Origin: Ignavibacteriota bacterium
GTDB taxonomy: Bacteria > Bacteroidota > Ignavibacteria > UBA10030
Direction of reading: 5' to 3'
Assembly: GCA_963701295.1 (NCBI GenBank)
Contig: OY969585.1
Coordinates: 3,232,001 to 3,296,000, forward strand
DNA: 64,000 nt
Shown here: positions 28,107-39,403 of the stretch, in pieces
How positions within the stretch are numbered: the first letter of the stretch is position 1
Layout of the letters: each line of letters starts with the position of its first letter
Made by a program: the position numbers and the translations under genes
Notes under the pieces: model-generated
The model's database searches: none
Seen by the model: only the letters and a program-made list of their open reading frames with translations
Told to the model about the DNA's origin: nothing

Positions 28107-29138
28107 CTATTTTGCTGCAGCAAGCTTGTTTTCGATTGCAGAGAGCAGTAACCGAGTTTCTTCAAATTTTGCTTGAGCACGAGACCTAAGATTATCTGGA
28201 AATGAGATCTTCTCATAAGAAAGGATTTTACCGAGATGCTCTGTAAATATTGTCGTATCACCTACTGCAAGCATGGACTTGACAAGATTCAATCGGCAGA
28301 CTATCTCATTGTACGGGTGGGGTGCCTGAACATGCAAAATGTTCTCTAGAAGATTCGCATATGCTGGTACAGCATCAGAATATTTTTTCTGTCTATCGAG
28401 AGCTGTCGCAAGTCCCCACAAGAAGACTCTATTTTCCGGATAGGAGTTCAATCCGCGTCGTGACCATTCTTCTGCTTGTTGATAGTTTTCGGCATCGAGA
28501 TAAATGGACACCAGTGCGCTCATTGCAGTGAAGCGATTATATACTGAACGCTCTGCACCAACTCTCAACATTCTTATGCCAAGTTCACGATTGTCTTTGA
28601 CAAATGGCAGCCACCGAATAAACGCTGTCTTCCGGCTGCTCCAATAATCATATGTGCCGATACCGACATATGCATCATAGAATGAAGAGTCCTTTTCTAC
28701 TATTTCTTCAAACTCTGATACCGATGCCATGGCCTTCCGTACTCCGCCCAGCCAATCTCCGCTTTCTACTCGTTCGTATGCAACATAGCCATCCGCTGTA
28801 CTAAGGAAATATTCTCGCCATGGTGAAGACACACCAGATGCTGCATTTCTTCCGCATTCAAGCAGTGAATCAAATTTTTCTCTCTCTATGGGTACATCAA
28901 AATCGATTGCATAAGCCTGCATAACTGCTGCTCGGTAAAGAAAACCGACAGGATGATTGGGATAGCGATTGATAACATTACAAAATACAGAATCTGCTTT
29001 CCCATATTCCTGTTTCAAAATATAATCGATCCCTTTGACAACGGAGGAATCAAGCGAAAGTTCTAGTTTCCCTTGTGCGAGGGAATTCATCAAACCAAAA
29101 ATAAGTGTCAGTATACTGAAAGGAATTATTTTTTTCAA
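28107..29138 (-). CDS. secreted TPR-like protein
   Basis: Signal peptide; helical repeats; DAYVGIGTYDYW motif common in FCB TPR proteins. Confidence 0.65.
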   Translation of the reverse strand: MKKIIPFSILTLIFGLMNSLAQGKLELSLDSSVVKGIDYILKQEYGKADSVFCNVINRYPNHPVGFLYRAAVMQAYAIDFDVPIEREKFDSLLECGRNAASGVSSPWREYFLSTADGYVAYERVESGDWLGGVRKAMASVSEFEEIVEKDSSFYDAYVGIGTYDYWSSRKTAFIRWLPFVKDNRELGIRMLRVGAERSVYNRFTAMSALVSIYLDAENYQQAEEWSRRGLNSYPENRVFLWGLATALDRQKKYSDAVPAYANLLENILHVQAPHPYNEIVCRLNLVKSMLAVGDTTIFTEHLGKILSYEKISFPDNLRSRAQAKFEETRLLLSAIENKLAAAK

Positions 29139-29143
29139 ATCAT

Positions 29144-29319
29144 TTACTCCGTCCCGAACATTCTATCTCCTGCATCTCCAAGGTCCAGAAGAATGTTTCC
29201 GCGATTGTTGAGTTCGCGGTCAAGAGTACAACTAGAAGGTTCCTTGATGTTTTTTTATTCCGGAGTATTGTCAAATCACGTTTAACAAGAGGATGATCAA
29301 TAATAATTAAATTCTTCAT
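29144..29319 (-). pseudogene. upp: internally deleted uracil phosphoribosyltransferase remnant
   Basis: The start reads MKNLIIIDHPLVKRDLTILRNKKT (Upp N-terminus). A different frame ends CTLDRELNNRGNILLDLGDAGDRMFGTE* (Upp C-terminal GDAGDR.FGT). Only 176 nt remain. Confidence 0.88.
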
Positions 29320-29364
29320 AGATATTCCTTCACCATATCGTTTTCTTAACGAAAGGGCATTGCT

Positions 29365-30672
29365 TTATTTCTCTTTGAACACAACTCCCAATGGCACACC
29401 GATGAAGCCAAAGTGCTCACGCAATTTGTTCATCAAAAATCGCTTATATGATTCCTGCACGAGCTTCGGATGATTACAAAAGAAGGCAATCATTGGTGGA
29501 TTCGTTTTAATCTGCGTCGCGAATTTAATTTTTATTTCCTTCGGTGTCGATGATTTCGGCGGATTTTTTTCGATTTCTACCATCAGTGCCTTGTTGAGCG
29601 CGCTCGTGGAGATGCGCCGCGATTGCTGCTTGTGGACTTCCTTTGCTGTGTCGATCACTTTCGTGATTCGCTGCTTCGTGAGGGCTGAGACAAAAATCAC
29701 GGGAAGAAAATCGTATAAGCCGAGATTCCGTTCAATCGCCAGCTCATATTCGCGCGCGGTATTCGTTTCTTTCTCAACCAAGTCCCATTTATTCACCACA
29801 ATAACTGCAGATCGGTGGCGTTCCATGGTCGCATCAACAATCTGCAGATCCTGTTTGTCCACACCCTGCGTTGCATCAAAGAGAATAACAGCGACATCAC
29901 TGCGTTCGATGGCATGCAGTGTTCTGATCGTGCTGTAGAACTCAATGCTCTCTGTAATCTTGCTGCGCTTCCGAAGGCCTGCTGTATCAACAAGAATAAT
30001 TTCTTCATCCTGATACTCGAGGATGGTATCGATAGGATCGCGCGTTGTGCCAGGTAGAGCCGTGACCACTTGACGCGTCTTGCCGATGAGCGCATTGACT
30101 AATGACGATTTACCAACATTCGGTTTGCCGATGACTGCGAGACGAAGCCTTTTTTCTTTCTTTACTCTTGTTGCCTTCTTGATATCCGCCGTGATGAGGT
30201 CAAGGAAATCTCCAATTTGCCTTCCACCGAGAGCGGCAATGCCGATTGGTTCGCCAAGGCCAAGTGAATAGAATTCTGCCGTGGAATTCTCACGTTGTTC
30301 AGAATCAATTTTATTGACGACAAGGTGGATAGGTTTGTTCGAACGACGAAGAATAGCTGCGATTTCCCTATCGAGCGGCATTAAACCTTCGAGTGCGTCC
30401 ACGACAAATACAATGGAATCGGCTTCTTCAATGGCAATATTAGCTTGTTCGCGGATTGCTTTCTCAAATATATCATCGGATTCGGGAACGAATCCGCCTG
30501 TATCGATCATTGTAAACGATTTACCGGCCCATTCCGCTTCGGCATAACGACGGTCGCGAGTAACGCCAGGAGTATCAAAGACAATAGCTTCACGGGATCC
30601 GAAAATACGGTTAAAGAGTGTGGATTTCCCCACATTCGGACGGCCAACGATAGCGACAATGTGTAATGACAT
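29365..30672 (-). CDS. der: ribosome biogenesis GTPase Der
   Basis: Two GTPase domains (GRPNVGKS, GKPNVGKS; DTGG/DTAG; NKID/NKWD) plus KH-like C-terminus. Confidence 0.98.
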   Translation of the reverse strand: MSLHIVAIVGRPNVGKSTLFNRIFGSREAIVFDTPGVTRDRRYAEAEWAGKSFTMIDTGGFVPESDDIFEKAIREQANIAIEEADSIVFVVDALEGLMPLDREIAAILRRSNKPIHLVVNKIDSEQRENSTAEFYSLGLGEPIGIAALGGRQIGDFLDLITADIKKATRVKKEKRLRLAVIGKPNVGKSSLVNALIGKTRQVVTALPGTTRDPIDTILEYQDEEIILVDTAGLRKRSKITESIEFYSTIRTLHAIERSDVAVILFDATQGVDKQDLQIVDATMERHRSAVIVVNKWDLVEKETNTAREYELAIERNLGLYDFLPVIFVSALTKQRITKVIDTAKEVHKQQSRRISTSALNKALMVEIEKNPPKSSTPKEIKIKFATQIKTNPPMIAFFCNHPKLVQESYKRFLMNKLREHFGFIGVPLGVVFKEK

Positions 30673-30742
30673 AGGTTATAGTGTCTGGAAGGGATGATTT
30701 ATATGCTGATTTAGAAAAAACGCTGCTATTTAGTATTTCTTG

Positions 30743-30817
30743 TCGGGGCGGGGAGATTTGAACTCCCGACCTCTTGGTCCCGAACCAAGCGCGCTAGCCA
30801 GGCTACGCTACGCCCCG
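30743..30817 (-). tRNA. tRNA-Pro (anticodon CGG), CCA not encoded
   Basis: CGGGGCGTAGCGTAGCCTGGCTAGCGCG-CTTGG-TTCGGGA-CCAAG-AGGTC-GGGAG-TTCAAAT-CTCCC-CGCCCCG-A cloverleaf. Confidence 0.97.
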
Positions 30818-30836
30818 TTTACAACTTCTTTATCTT

Positions 30837-30865
30837 AATATAGCAAACAGATGCAGGAAAATCAA
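30837..30865 (-). promoter_or_regulatory. promoter of tRNA-Pro/der (TTGATT-17-TATATT)
   Basis: TTGATT TTCCTGCATCTGTTTGC TATATT, about 20 nt upstream of the tRNA. Confidence 0.6.
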
Positions 30866-30873
30866 TTTAGAGG

Positions 30874-31830
30874 CTAAGTGTCTTTTTGAGCATTTTGAAA
30901 TTCTTTTTGAATCATTTCCGCGATCTCATTCCAGTCCGTTTCCTCGCTCACTGGAATCCAACGGATTCGCTTATCAGCTCGAAACCATGTCAATTGACGC
31001 TTTGCAAATCGACGTGAATTTTGTTTGATGAGTCCAACCATCTCCTCTTTCGTCAGCTTTCCTTCGATGAAATCGAATGTTTCTTTATAGCCAACAGTGT
31101 TGAGCGCGTTCATGCCAAAGAGATATCCTCGAGTCTTCAATTCTTGAACTTCTTCTAGCAATCCCTTTTTTATCATCTCATCGATGCGATGATTGATATG
31201 GTCATAGAGAATTTTTCGTTCCCACTCAAGAGCATATTGCAGGACCTCAAATGGCGCTCTTGTCTCTTGAGTGAAATGTAAATCGGAAATCGGTTTCCCT
31301 GTCGTATAATATACTTCCAGTGCACGAATCACCCGCCGTACTTTTGATGCATCCATCTTCGCCGCGGAAACCGGATCAATTCTTTTCAATTTTTCGAATA
31401 ACATTTCAGAACCAAATCTTTTTGCTTCATGTTCAAGCTGTTCACGAATTTCAGAATCTTTCCCGGGCCCTTTAAAGAATCCATCTATGATTGCACGAAC
31501 ATATAACCCGGACCCTCCGACAATGATTGGCTGGATTTCCTGTTTCAACAGTTCTACAATTTTACTACGAGCCTGCTGCCCGAATTCAGCAGCATTGTAT
31601 TCTTGATCAGGATCGAGGATATTAATAAAATGATGAGGAACGCGATGGAGATCTTCAAGCGTTGGCTTTGCTGTACCGATGTTAAGAAACTTGTAAATTT
31701 GGCGCGAATCAGCAGAAATAATTTCACCACGAAGTTTTTCCGCAAGAAGAATTGAAAGGGTCGTCTTCCCCGATGCTGTCGGACCTACAATGGCAAGAAC
31801 GTGCGGCATCTTGGTATCTCTATTATCCAA
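30874..31830 (-). CDS. miaA: tRNA dimethylallyltransferase MiaA
   Basis: GPTASGKT, ISADSRQIY, IGTAKP, VGGSGLY, RVIRALEV, FAKRQLTW. Confidence 0.97.
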   Translation of the reverse strand: MDNRDTKMPHVLAIVGPTASGKTTLSILLAEKLRGEIISADSRQIYKFLNIGTAKPTLEDLHRVPHHFINILDPDQEYNAAEFGQQARSKIVELLKQEIQPIIVGGSGLYVRAIIDGFFKGPGKDSEIREQLEHEAKRFGSEMLFEKLKRIDPVSAAKMDASKVRRVIRALEVYYTTGKPISDLHFTQETRAPFEVLQYALEWERKILYDHINHRIDEMIKKGLLEEVQELKTRGYLFGMNALNTVGYKETFDFIEGKLTKEEMVGLIKQNSRRFAKRQLTWFRADKRIRWIPVSEETDWNEIAEMIQKEFQNAQKDT

Positions 31831-31851
31831 TCTCTGGTCTGTAATCCGATT

Positions 31852-32493
31852 TCATTTTTCATTCCACCCTTCTTTTCCGATGAGCGGAACAAACTTAAAT
31901 CCATGCGCGTCCATCGATTCAAATCGATCTCCTATGCGCGTTACTACTCGAATAGACTGCCCTTCTAAATCTCCTACAGGAATGACAAGCCTTCCACCGT
32001 CAGCTAGTTGATCAAGCAAAGGTTGTGGTACTTCCGGTGCCGCTGCAGTTACTACAATACCATCGTACGGGGCAAACTCATTCCATCCAACCGTTCCATC
32101 GCCACAACGAGTTGCTATGCGATAACCAAGTTTTTCCAGTAATTTTCTTGCTTGCAGATGCAATTCCATATGCCGTTCAATCGTGAATACGCGACATCCC
32201 ATCTCAGCAAGAACAGCAGCTTGATAACCGGAGCCAGTACCGATTTCCAATACTTTAGAATCTTTCCCCACTTGTAATTTTTCTGTTTGAAACGCAACTG
32301 TGTACGGTTGCGAAATTGTTTGCCCGTTTGCAATGGGCAGCGCGCTGTCATCGTAGGCGCGATTAACAAATGCAGTCAAGACAAACTGTTCCCGCTCTAC
32401 TCGCTGGAACGCCTTCAAGAGGAGTTCATCTTTAATTCCTCGCTGTTTCAACAACGCGATCATATCTGCTCGTTCATGTTCGAATCGAGTCAT
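31852..32493 (-). CDS. pcm: protein-L-isoaspartate O-methyltransferase
   Basis: QTISQPYTVA, LEIGTGSGYQAAVL, APYDGIVVTAA, FVPL. Confidence 0.96.
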   Translation of the reverse strand: MTRFEHERADMIALLKQRGIKDELLLKAFQRVEREQFVLTAFVNRAYDDSALPIANGQTISQPYTVAFQTEKLQVGKDSKVLEIGTGSGYQAAVLAEMGCRVFTIERHMELHLQARKLLEKLGYRIATRCGDGTVGWNEFAPYDGIVVTAAAPEVPQPLLDQLADGGRLVIPVGDLEGQSIRVVTRIGDRFESMDAHGFKFVPLIGKEGWNEK

Positions 32494-33173
32494 GAGTATT
32501 TCCGTAAAAGCACTTTGATAAAATTCATCGTTGTTACCCAATGTGTCATATAGCTCTTTTCATTGCCGTAAACAGTGTTTACCGGAACGAACTCTATTTT
32601 AAATTTAAGCCTCGCCGCTTTAATAAGTAATTCTGTCTCCGCTTCATAGCCGTGTGATTCGAGCTGAATATTTTCAAGAACTCTTTTTCGAATCAACCGG
32701 AAACCGCACTGGCTATCTCTAATCTTCATTCCCGTTTTTAGACTCACCAACGCAGATGTAAGCGTGTTGGATAGAATACGATGCAGAGGCATTTTTGTTC
32801 CTGCTCTTTCACGCCATCCAATAACAATATCTGCGCCGGTGTGTTGCTGTGTGATGAAAAACTTTTGAATATCCTCCGGCTGATGCTGTAAGTCCGCATC
32901 GAGCGTGAGAATAAATTCAACTTGGGCTTGTTTTTTAAGAAAATCAAAACCTGTCTGCAAAGCCGTTCCCTTGCCGCAATTCTTGTCATGTCGAAGAGCA
33001 GTCGCTCCAACCAAATGAGCAATCTCTGCTGTATTGTCTATGGAACCATCATCAACAACAATGACCTGCAAATCTCCAACCGAGCGGCGTAAACGGTTTA
33101 CTAATTCCTCCAATGAAGTTCCGGCATTATATGCCGGTATAAGTACGGAAGTCGAACGTACTATCGAATCCAT
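32490..33173 (-). CDS. GT2 glycosyltransferase (DPM-synthase-like)
   Basis: IPAYN, VVDDGSIDNT, GKGTAL, LDADLQH, DSQCGFR. Confidence 0.9.
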   Translation of the reverse strand: MDSIVRSTSVLIPAYNAGTSLEELVNRLRRSVGDLQVIVVDDGSIDNTAEIAHLVGATALRHDKNCGKGTALQTGFDFLKKQAQVEFILTLDADLQHQPEDIQKFFITQQHTGADIVIGWRERAGTKMPLHRILSNTLTSALVSLKTGMKIRDSQCGFRLIRKRVLENIQLESHGYEAETELLIKAARLKFKIEFVPVNTVYGNEKSYMTHWVTTMNFIKVLLRKYS

Positions 33174-33174
33174 C

Positions 33175-34032
33175 TTATGAAGCCACCTGGGTATTTTTAG
33201 ATTTCAATGCATCGGCCACCATCGCTACGCGTTTCATTTCCTTCACATCGTGTACACGGATAATGTTCGCGCCATTCAAAATGGCGCTTGTCACTACTGC
33301 CGCTGTGCCTTCTATTCTCTCGTTCGCCGGTAAATGAAGAATCGCTCCAAGAAATGCTTTACGCGATGGACCCGCCAGCAATGGGTATCCAAATGAAGTA
33401 AAAGATTTCAATTCCCGCAGAAGTTGAATGTTATGCTCGAACTTTTTTCCAAATCCGATTCCCGGATCAACTATCATCTGTTCGATTCCTGCCTCCTTCG
33501 CAGCGAACAATCGCTCAGAGAGGAATTGTTTAACTTCCTTCGTTACATTTTCATATACTGGATTTTCTTGCATCGTCTTTGGCGCACCTTTCATATGCAT
33601 AAGAATGATGCTTGCCCGATACTTTACTGCAACAGACGCCATCTTGGCATCGAATGTCATGGCACTGACGTCATTCACGATAACAGCTCCGGCCTGCAGT
33701 GCAGCATCTGCCACATCTGATTTATAGGTATCGATGGAGAGAGGGACATTCACCTTCTCCGACAAAGCTTTGATAACCGGAACGACTCTCCTAATCTCCT
33801 CTTCAACCAATACCGGTTCTGAACCAGGGCGTGTTGATTCACCACCAACATCGATAAAATCCGCACCATCTTCCGCAAGCTTCAATCCTTGCACTACAGC
33901 TTGTTCGAGGTCAAAATATTTGCCGCCATCGGAAAAGGAATCCGGAGTAACATTCAAAACTCCCATGACATATGTCCGAGAGGCTAAATCATATTCTTTT
34001 TCTCCAAACTTGTATTTCATCTTATGGTTCAC
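33175..34032 (-). CDS. folP: dihydropteroate synthase
   Basis: [39 protein letters not shown]. Confidence 0.97.
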   Translation of the reverse strand: MNHKMKYKFGEKEYDLASRTYVMGVLNVTPDSFSDGGKYFDLEQAVVQGLKLAEDGADFIDVGGESTRPGSEPVLVEEEIRRVVPVIKALSEKVNVPLSIDTYKSDVADAALQAGAVIVNDVSAMTFDAKMASVAVKYRASIILMHMKGAPKTMQENPVYENVTKEVKQFLSERLFAAKEAGIEQMIVDPGIGFGKKFEHNIQLLRELKSFTSFGYPLLAGPSRKAFLGAILHLPANERIEGTAAVVTSAILNGANIIRVHDVKEMKRVAMVADALKSKNTQVAS

Positions 34033-34193
34033 TGCATGAATGATAGAAACCGCACTTTAGACAAACGAATTTACATTTTCTGTTCTCTATACACGTTCCA
34101 CAGTTTACACAGAACTGTCAGTAATAGTCAGAAGAATTTCGTGGCTTTGCTTTTGAGATTTTTCTGATATATTCTTTTCTTGTTCTTTCATAT

Positions 34194-35639
34194 TTATTGC
34201 CAAAGCAATCGAATAAGTGCAATGCCAACTGCATTTACACCCCATACCATATTCGCTGGTTCTTTATCTGTTGTCAATATCGGAATATCAAGTGACGAGT
34301 GATAGTACGGCGAATAATCAATGTTGACGGAATCGGGATGACCCTTCCACGCTTTCGAACGCCATCCTTGTGTTTGCTGCATTGACGTTGGTTCGTTCCA
34401 TGCTGCTGTGAAAACTGTGATCGATGGAATTTTTTCTTCCGATACATTTAAACTGCTTAGATATTCTGGCAGAAACACATACGAATCAGTTCCGCCTTGC
34501 GAAGGGTTTGTAGTCGCTTCTTTCCAGAATCCTTTTTTGTTCACATACTCCTCACCCACCCGCTCAAAAAGTTTCAATAAGTCGTGATTATGCGGGATAT
34601 CGTTCCCTTCAAAATAAATACAGTGCCTTGACTTTCTAAATCCAATTTCATCGAAGTTGATAACGCCCGCAATCTTCTCTAGACGATCAGAATGAAGTTT
34701 GACATAACTGCTCGCTGAATGATACTCCGTACCCCACACAATGAACTTGATGCTTTTCTTCGGCAAGTGCAGTGTTTTATTTTTCACCATTGAGTTTAAG
34801 ATACGCGCGACTTCTAAGACCCCTGACACACCCGAAGCGTTGTCATCTGCGCCGGGTCCGCCGGAATCGGAATCGCCATGTGCACCGAGAATATAATATT
34901 CATCTGTTTGACCCTTCAACGTGGCGATAATTGTCTTCGAACGCCCGTGTTGGATTGTCGTCTTTGCTGAATAGGTGATGACTATGCGCGTCCCTTTCTC
35001 CAATTCCTCTTGCAATCGTCGACCTGCATTATTTGAGATATTGAAGACTGGGATCTGATTCTTATCCGTTTCTTTGAGAGACGAGATCATTGCCCAGTTA
35101 GAATAGGCAGTCGAAATATCATTCTGGTAACTGATAATGCAACGCGCACCAGCGTCAACCAATTCTCCATACATTTTTTCCGAGGGATGCCGTTCTAGCG
35201 GTACTGCGCTGCTATCCATTGTTCTTGTATCTATATCTCGAATGGATCCAATAAAAGTGAGATGAACAGTATCTCTCCGAGCAGAAGGCGAAAATCCCGC
35301 TAGCCACTCGTGCTGAATGAGTCCACGCAGCCGCTTGGGTTGATCAATCTTCAACTGCCAGCCGTCGTTCGAATATGTAAGCTTTTGGGGATCTTTTATT
35401 ATTTCCGGTTTGAATCCATAGCTCTTAAATTTTTCAAATATGTACTGTGCAGCTTTATCGCCGGATTTTGTTCCACCAAGTCGGTTGCCAAACTTGACCA
35501 GTTCGCGTACATTTTTTTGTAAGTATTTCTGAGAAACCTTAGAAATGAATTTTGATTCGAGCGCTGATTGCGCTTGAAGCTGCAAGACAACGCACAGACA
35601 GAAAACGATCACACGATACAACCGGCATTGTTCTTTCAT
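34194..35639 (-). CDS. secreted M28 family metallopeptidase with PA-like insert
   Basis: Signal peptide; GAHGDS, GADDNASG, INFDEIG, YYHSSLD; the EE motif is altered to EY. Confidence 0.8.
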   Translation of the reverse strand: MKEQCRLYRVIVFCLCVVLQLQAQSALESKFISKVSQKYLQKNVRELVKFGNRLGGTKSGDKAAQYIFEKFKSYGFKPEIIKDPQKLTYSNDGWQLKIDQPKRLRGLIQHEWLAGFSPSARRDTVHLTFIGSIRDIDTRTMDSSAVPLERHPSEKMYGELVDAGARCIISYQNDISTAYSNWAMISSLKETDKNQIPVFNISNNAGRRLQEELEKGTRIVITYSAKTTIQHGRSKTIIATLKGQTDEYYILGAHGDSDSGGPGADDNASGVSGVLEVARILNSMVKNKTLHLPKKSIKFIVWGTEYHSASSYVKLHSDRLEKIAGVINFDEIGFRKSRHCIYFEGNDIPHNHDLLKLFERVGEEYVNKKGFWKEATTNPSQGGTDSYVFLPEYLSSLNVSEEKIPSITVFTAAWNEPTSMQQTQGWRSKAWKGHPDSVNIDYSPYYHSSLDIPILTTDKEPANMVWGVNAVGIALIRLLWQ

Positions 35640-35791
35640 TCAGGGAAAACCGAAGGTGACACATTTTCATTCATTTATTGTGATATAATACCAAATTCTT
35701 CTGAGAGGAGCAATTTCTGTACTCCGCTAGGGATGCTACCAAGGTTAACCTAAGATACCTTCCGAAGTTTCCTTGGCGAAGACTCATCTAT

Positions 35792-38700
35792 TCACTTACC
35801 ATCCAGCACTTCCCGAACTACCTTGAGGACTACTTTCGGATTATAGGGTTTGTAAATAAACTTTTGTACACCTGCTTTCAGTAATTCCGATCTCATTTCC
35901 GGATCCAGATACCCTGTTGCAACGATGATTCTAACATTCGGATTGAGTCGCTTGATCCGTTTAAACTCCTCCATACCGGTCAGCTTAGGTAATCCAAGGT
36001 CTGTTAGCACCAGCGCAATCTCTTTTTGTCTTTCTGCGTAGATCTTCACTGCAGTCAAGCCATCAAAAGCGGAAAGAACTGTATATCCTTTTCCTGTCAG
36101 TACAGCATCAAGGTTCTCATTCAATGCTTTCTCATCCTCTACGATCAATAATGTTTCTGAACCTCCGGGAATCTCTTCTATCGTTTCTTTCTTCGCTGGT
36201 TCTAAATGTTCTGTATTGTGCGAGACAGGCAAATATAACCGGAAGGTCGCCCCTTTACCAAGCTCACTTTCTACATCAATAAATCCGTGATGGGTTTGAA
36301 CAATACCGAACACTACGGCTAATCCCAATCCGGTTCCCTTCCCTTTTTCTTTCGTAGTGAAAAACGGCTCAAAGATTCTGTCCCGAACCTCTGCAGCCAC
36401 CCCTGTACCGGTATCGACAACTTCAATACAGATGTAACTATCAGCAACGGCATCAGGATGTCGATTGCGCATACTCGACCTAGCACGCACGCTCGTACTG
36501 ATGGTCAGAACGCCTCCACTCTGCATAGCATCACGTGCATTAACACATAGATTTAACATCGCTTGATGCAACTGCGAATGATCGGCATAGATAGAAGGGA
36601 TTTCTTTTTCGAGATTTTGTGAATACACAATAGTTTTGGGGAATGTTTCCATAATCATTCCCATGACTTCTTTTGCAACGTTATTAACATTCACCCAACG
36701 AAATTCTGTCTCCGTTTTTCTCGCAAAGGTTAGTATTTGCCTGACAAGCGTCGTTCCGCGTTCAACCGCCTTGGTAATGATCTCAATACTATGTTGTAGT
36801 TTTTCTGGATCATTTTTTACAATATTGATGCGTGAAATATATCCCAATATAATCCCAAGAATATTGTTAAAGTCATGAGCAATACCACCTGCAAGCGTTC
36901 CCAACCCTTCCAATTTTTGCATTCGGCGCAGCGGCTCTTCTAGCATCTTGCGCTGAGTGATATCCTGATAGATGACTTGAAACTGCTTTGTACCATTCCA
37001 AAAAACCTCCTTGCGGAAAACCTGAACGTGCCGCACTTCTCTATTTTTTCTTACAATGCTTATTTCATATTCAGATGGGCCAAACTCGCCCCGATCTCTT
37101 TGCTCTTTTCTTTTTCTGAACTCATCATAGCTTTCCGGTGTATAGCGTTCTTTAATAGGTGTTCTTTTCAACTCCTCATGGCTGCTGTACCCATAGATAT
37201 CCAGGATTGCTTTGTTCGCATACAATATTTCACCAGCTGATGATACTATTCGTACTCCCAGCGGTGAATCATCTAAGGAACGGCGAAAGTTCTCTTCTGC
37301 TCTGCGCAGAGCATCTTCCATTTCTACTCGTTCATTGATATCGATTGAAAAAATGAACATGCCTTGTACTTTTCCTTCTGCATCGATATCCGGGATATAT
37401 GTAGTAAGTTCATACGACACTTCGCCAACCGGCGTTTTGATCGGGTTCACAAATGTTACTTGCTCACCTGCTAACGTCTGTTTGATATAAGGCTCAACTT
37501 GCTTGAAAGTTTCATTGCCAAGAACTTCCCGCATTGTGAGGCCTACAACATCTACCGACAATATACCAAATATACGTTCATACCCGGCACTGGCAAACCG
37601 GTAGCGAAGATCTTTATCTATAGTGGATACAAGACCGGGAAAATTATCAGTAACTAACAAAAGCTGCTTTTCCCGTTCGCGTAATGCTTCCTCTGCTTCT
37701 TTTCGTTCTGTAATATCCCGAATAATTTCCTGATAATAAGTCTTTCCATCGATGGTAATGGTACGGCCGCTAATCTCCACGGGAAATACTGAACCATCTT
37801 TTCGTCGATGGTATGTTTCATATAACGTACCGCTTGGAGCCATCATCGACTTCAACCTTTCATCAAGATCAGAAGGCATTTTTGTCTGCCATATGTCTCT
37901 AATATATAAGCTCAGCAATTCCTCATGACTATATCCATAGGTATGCTCTGCTCGTTCATTCGCTTCGATGATGCGTTGTTCTTCATTGGAAAGAAAAATG
38001 ACATCGTTAGCATATCTCATGAGATAATCAAAATGTTGAATGAGCGCCTGTCGTTCTTGTTGCGATTCTATCAATACCTGATATTGCTTGACCTCCTGCT
38101 CTTTCCAGATCATGCGTATACCACTTGCAAGCAGCAGAAGAATAAGCGCTGTGACAGATGTGACCCCTATTGCGATGCGCGTATTCTCTGCAAGAACTTC
38201 ATCGACATCTGTCTTTGCTACCATATACCACGGGGAATTTGAGATTTGCCGTACCGCAGCTACGACCTCTTCTTGTCGATAATCTATTCCTTCTACCACC
38301 CCCTCGTACCCGCGTGCAGCAATCGCTGCGGGTAATTTATTTTCGTTTATTGACATTCTCAGAGTAAGTTTTTTTTCCTTTCGATGCCGTAATTCATTGA
38401 GATAGACGACCTCGTCCCCTTCTCTCCGAAGAATCAAAGTTTCCGACGTCTTGCTTATTACCGGCCATGATTGAATAAGTGGATAGAGAAACCGCCCTGG
38501 ATCAATACGCAAAAGCAGCGATCCTAACGCCATGGTATCCTTTTTGCCGATCTTAATAAGGGGTACAACAAGCCCCATATATACCCTTCCATCATCATGC
38601 ACATCGAGATCGGCAAACAAAATTTTTTTTGTACGAATTGCCTCTTTAAAGATTTCATTTTCGTACACACTGGCTTTGCAGGAATCATCGAGAATACAAA

Positions 38701-39022
38701 AGAGACGTCTGCCACTTATGCTGAAGAGGTCCATATTGACATACTGCCGGTTTTTGAACATTGGCATCATCCAACCGAGCATCGCATCGCATTCTTTTCG
38801 GCCATACGGTTTCTTAAGAAATTGTTCAAATTGCGAAGTAATTGCTTCACTATGAAAAATGAAACTCGCATCATTGAATCTCTCTTGGCGCCAATTCTCT
38901 ATCTGTCCACTTTTGAGCTTTGCAATAGATGACAGATTATCTTTTGCCAATTGCAGTAGTCTCTGTTTTTGCTGGTAGTAATAGAAATACCCCGCCAATG
39001 TAAGGCCGATGGCAAAGAGCAT
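35792..39022 (-). CDS. membrane hybrid histidine kinase (Cache-like sensor, 3 PAS, HisKA, HATPase, REC); true start probably 39072 across an A8 frameshift
   Basis: [11 protein letters not shown]-box, [27 protein letters not shown] ([14 protein letters not shown]). Confidence 0.92.
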   Translation of the reverse strand: MLFAIGLTLAGYFYYYQQKQRLLQLAKDNLSSIAKLKSGQIENWRQERFNDASFIFHSEAITSQFEQFLKKPYGRKECDAMLGWMMPMFKNRQYVNMDLFSISGRRLFCILDDSCKASVYENEIFKEAIRTKKILFADLDVHDDGRVYMGLVVPLIKIGKKDTMALGSLLLRIDPGRFLYPLIQSWPVISKTSETLILRREGDEVVYLNELRHRKEKKLTLRMSINENKLPAAIAARGYEGVVEGIDYRQEEVVAAVRQISNSPWYMVAKTDVDEVLAENTRIAIGVTSVTALILLLLASGIRMIWKEQEVKQYQVLIESQQERQALIQHFDYLMRYANDVIFLSNEEQRIIEANERAEHTYGYSHEELLSLYIRDIWQTKMPSDLDERLKSMMAPSGTLYETYHRRKDGSVFPVEISGRTITIDGKTYYQEIIRDITERKEAEEALREREKQLLLVTDNFPGLVSTIDKDLRYRFASAGYERIFGILSVDVVGLTMREVLGNETFKQVEPYIKQTLAGEQVTFVNPIKTPVGEVSYELTTYIPDIDAEGKVQGMFIFSIDINERVEMEDALRRAEENFRRSLDDSPLGVRIVSSAGEILYANKAILDIYGYSSHEELKRTPIKERYTPESYDEFRKRKEQRDRGEFGPSEYEISIVRKNREVRHVQVFRKEVFWNGTKQFQVIYQDITQRKMLEEPLRRMQKLEGLGTLAGGIAHDFNNILGIILGYISRINIVKNDPEKLQHSIEIITKAVERGTTLVRQILTFARKTETEFRWVNVNNVAKEVMGMIMETFPKTIVYSQNLEKEIPSIYADHSQLHQAMLNLCVNARDAMQSGGVLTISTSVRARSSMRNRHPDAVADSYICIEVVDTGTGVAAEVRDRIFEPFFTTKEKGKGTGLGLAVVFGIVQTHHGFIDVESELGKGATFRLYLPVSHNTEHLEPAKKETIEEIPGGSETLLIVEDEKALNENLDAVLTGKGYTVLSAFDGLTAVKIYAERQKEIALVLTDLGLPKLTGMEEFKRIKRLNPNVRIIVATGYLDPEMRSELLKAGVQKFIYKPYNPKVVLKVVREVLDGK

Positions 39023-39403
39023 AAAAATACTTATGAGGTAGGATGCATGAAGGCGACGAATTTTTTTTCCATACTCACACTCTTAACAATGCAGCATTCT
39101 CAATCTCTATATGAAATACAATATTGAGGATGGAAAGAAACTAGCAAAATACCATGTGTCTAATAGGGAAATGTTATCAGACAGCCGTCCGAAGTACCTT
39201 TTATACATGTGCATATTCTTTTATCTCATCCCTTTATAATACACAATGTTTCTATGCTAACTTGCACAAAAGAGTAACGAGTCTTTTAATAAAAATCAAG
39301 GTCTTGATACTATCAATTGTCGTAGTTTGCTTTCAGAGTTCTTTTTTGGTAGTATTCATTTAAATATATAGTATGCAATTAAGCAAGAAAGGAAATTACC
39401 GAA

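Noticed and set aside
30743-30817. tRNA-Pro as a prophage or island attachment site
   Set aside because: Flanked directly by the core genes der and miaA; no integrase and no duplicated tRNA 3' end in the window
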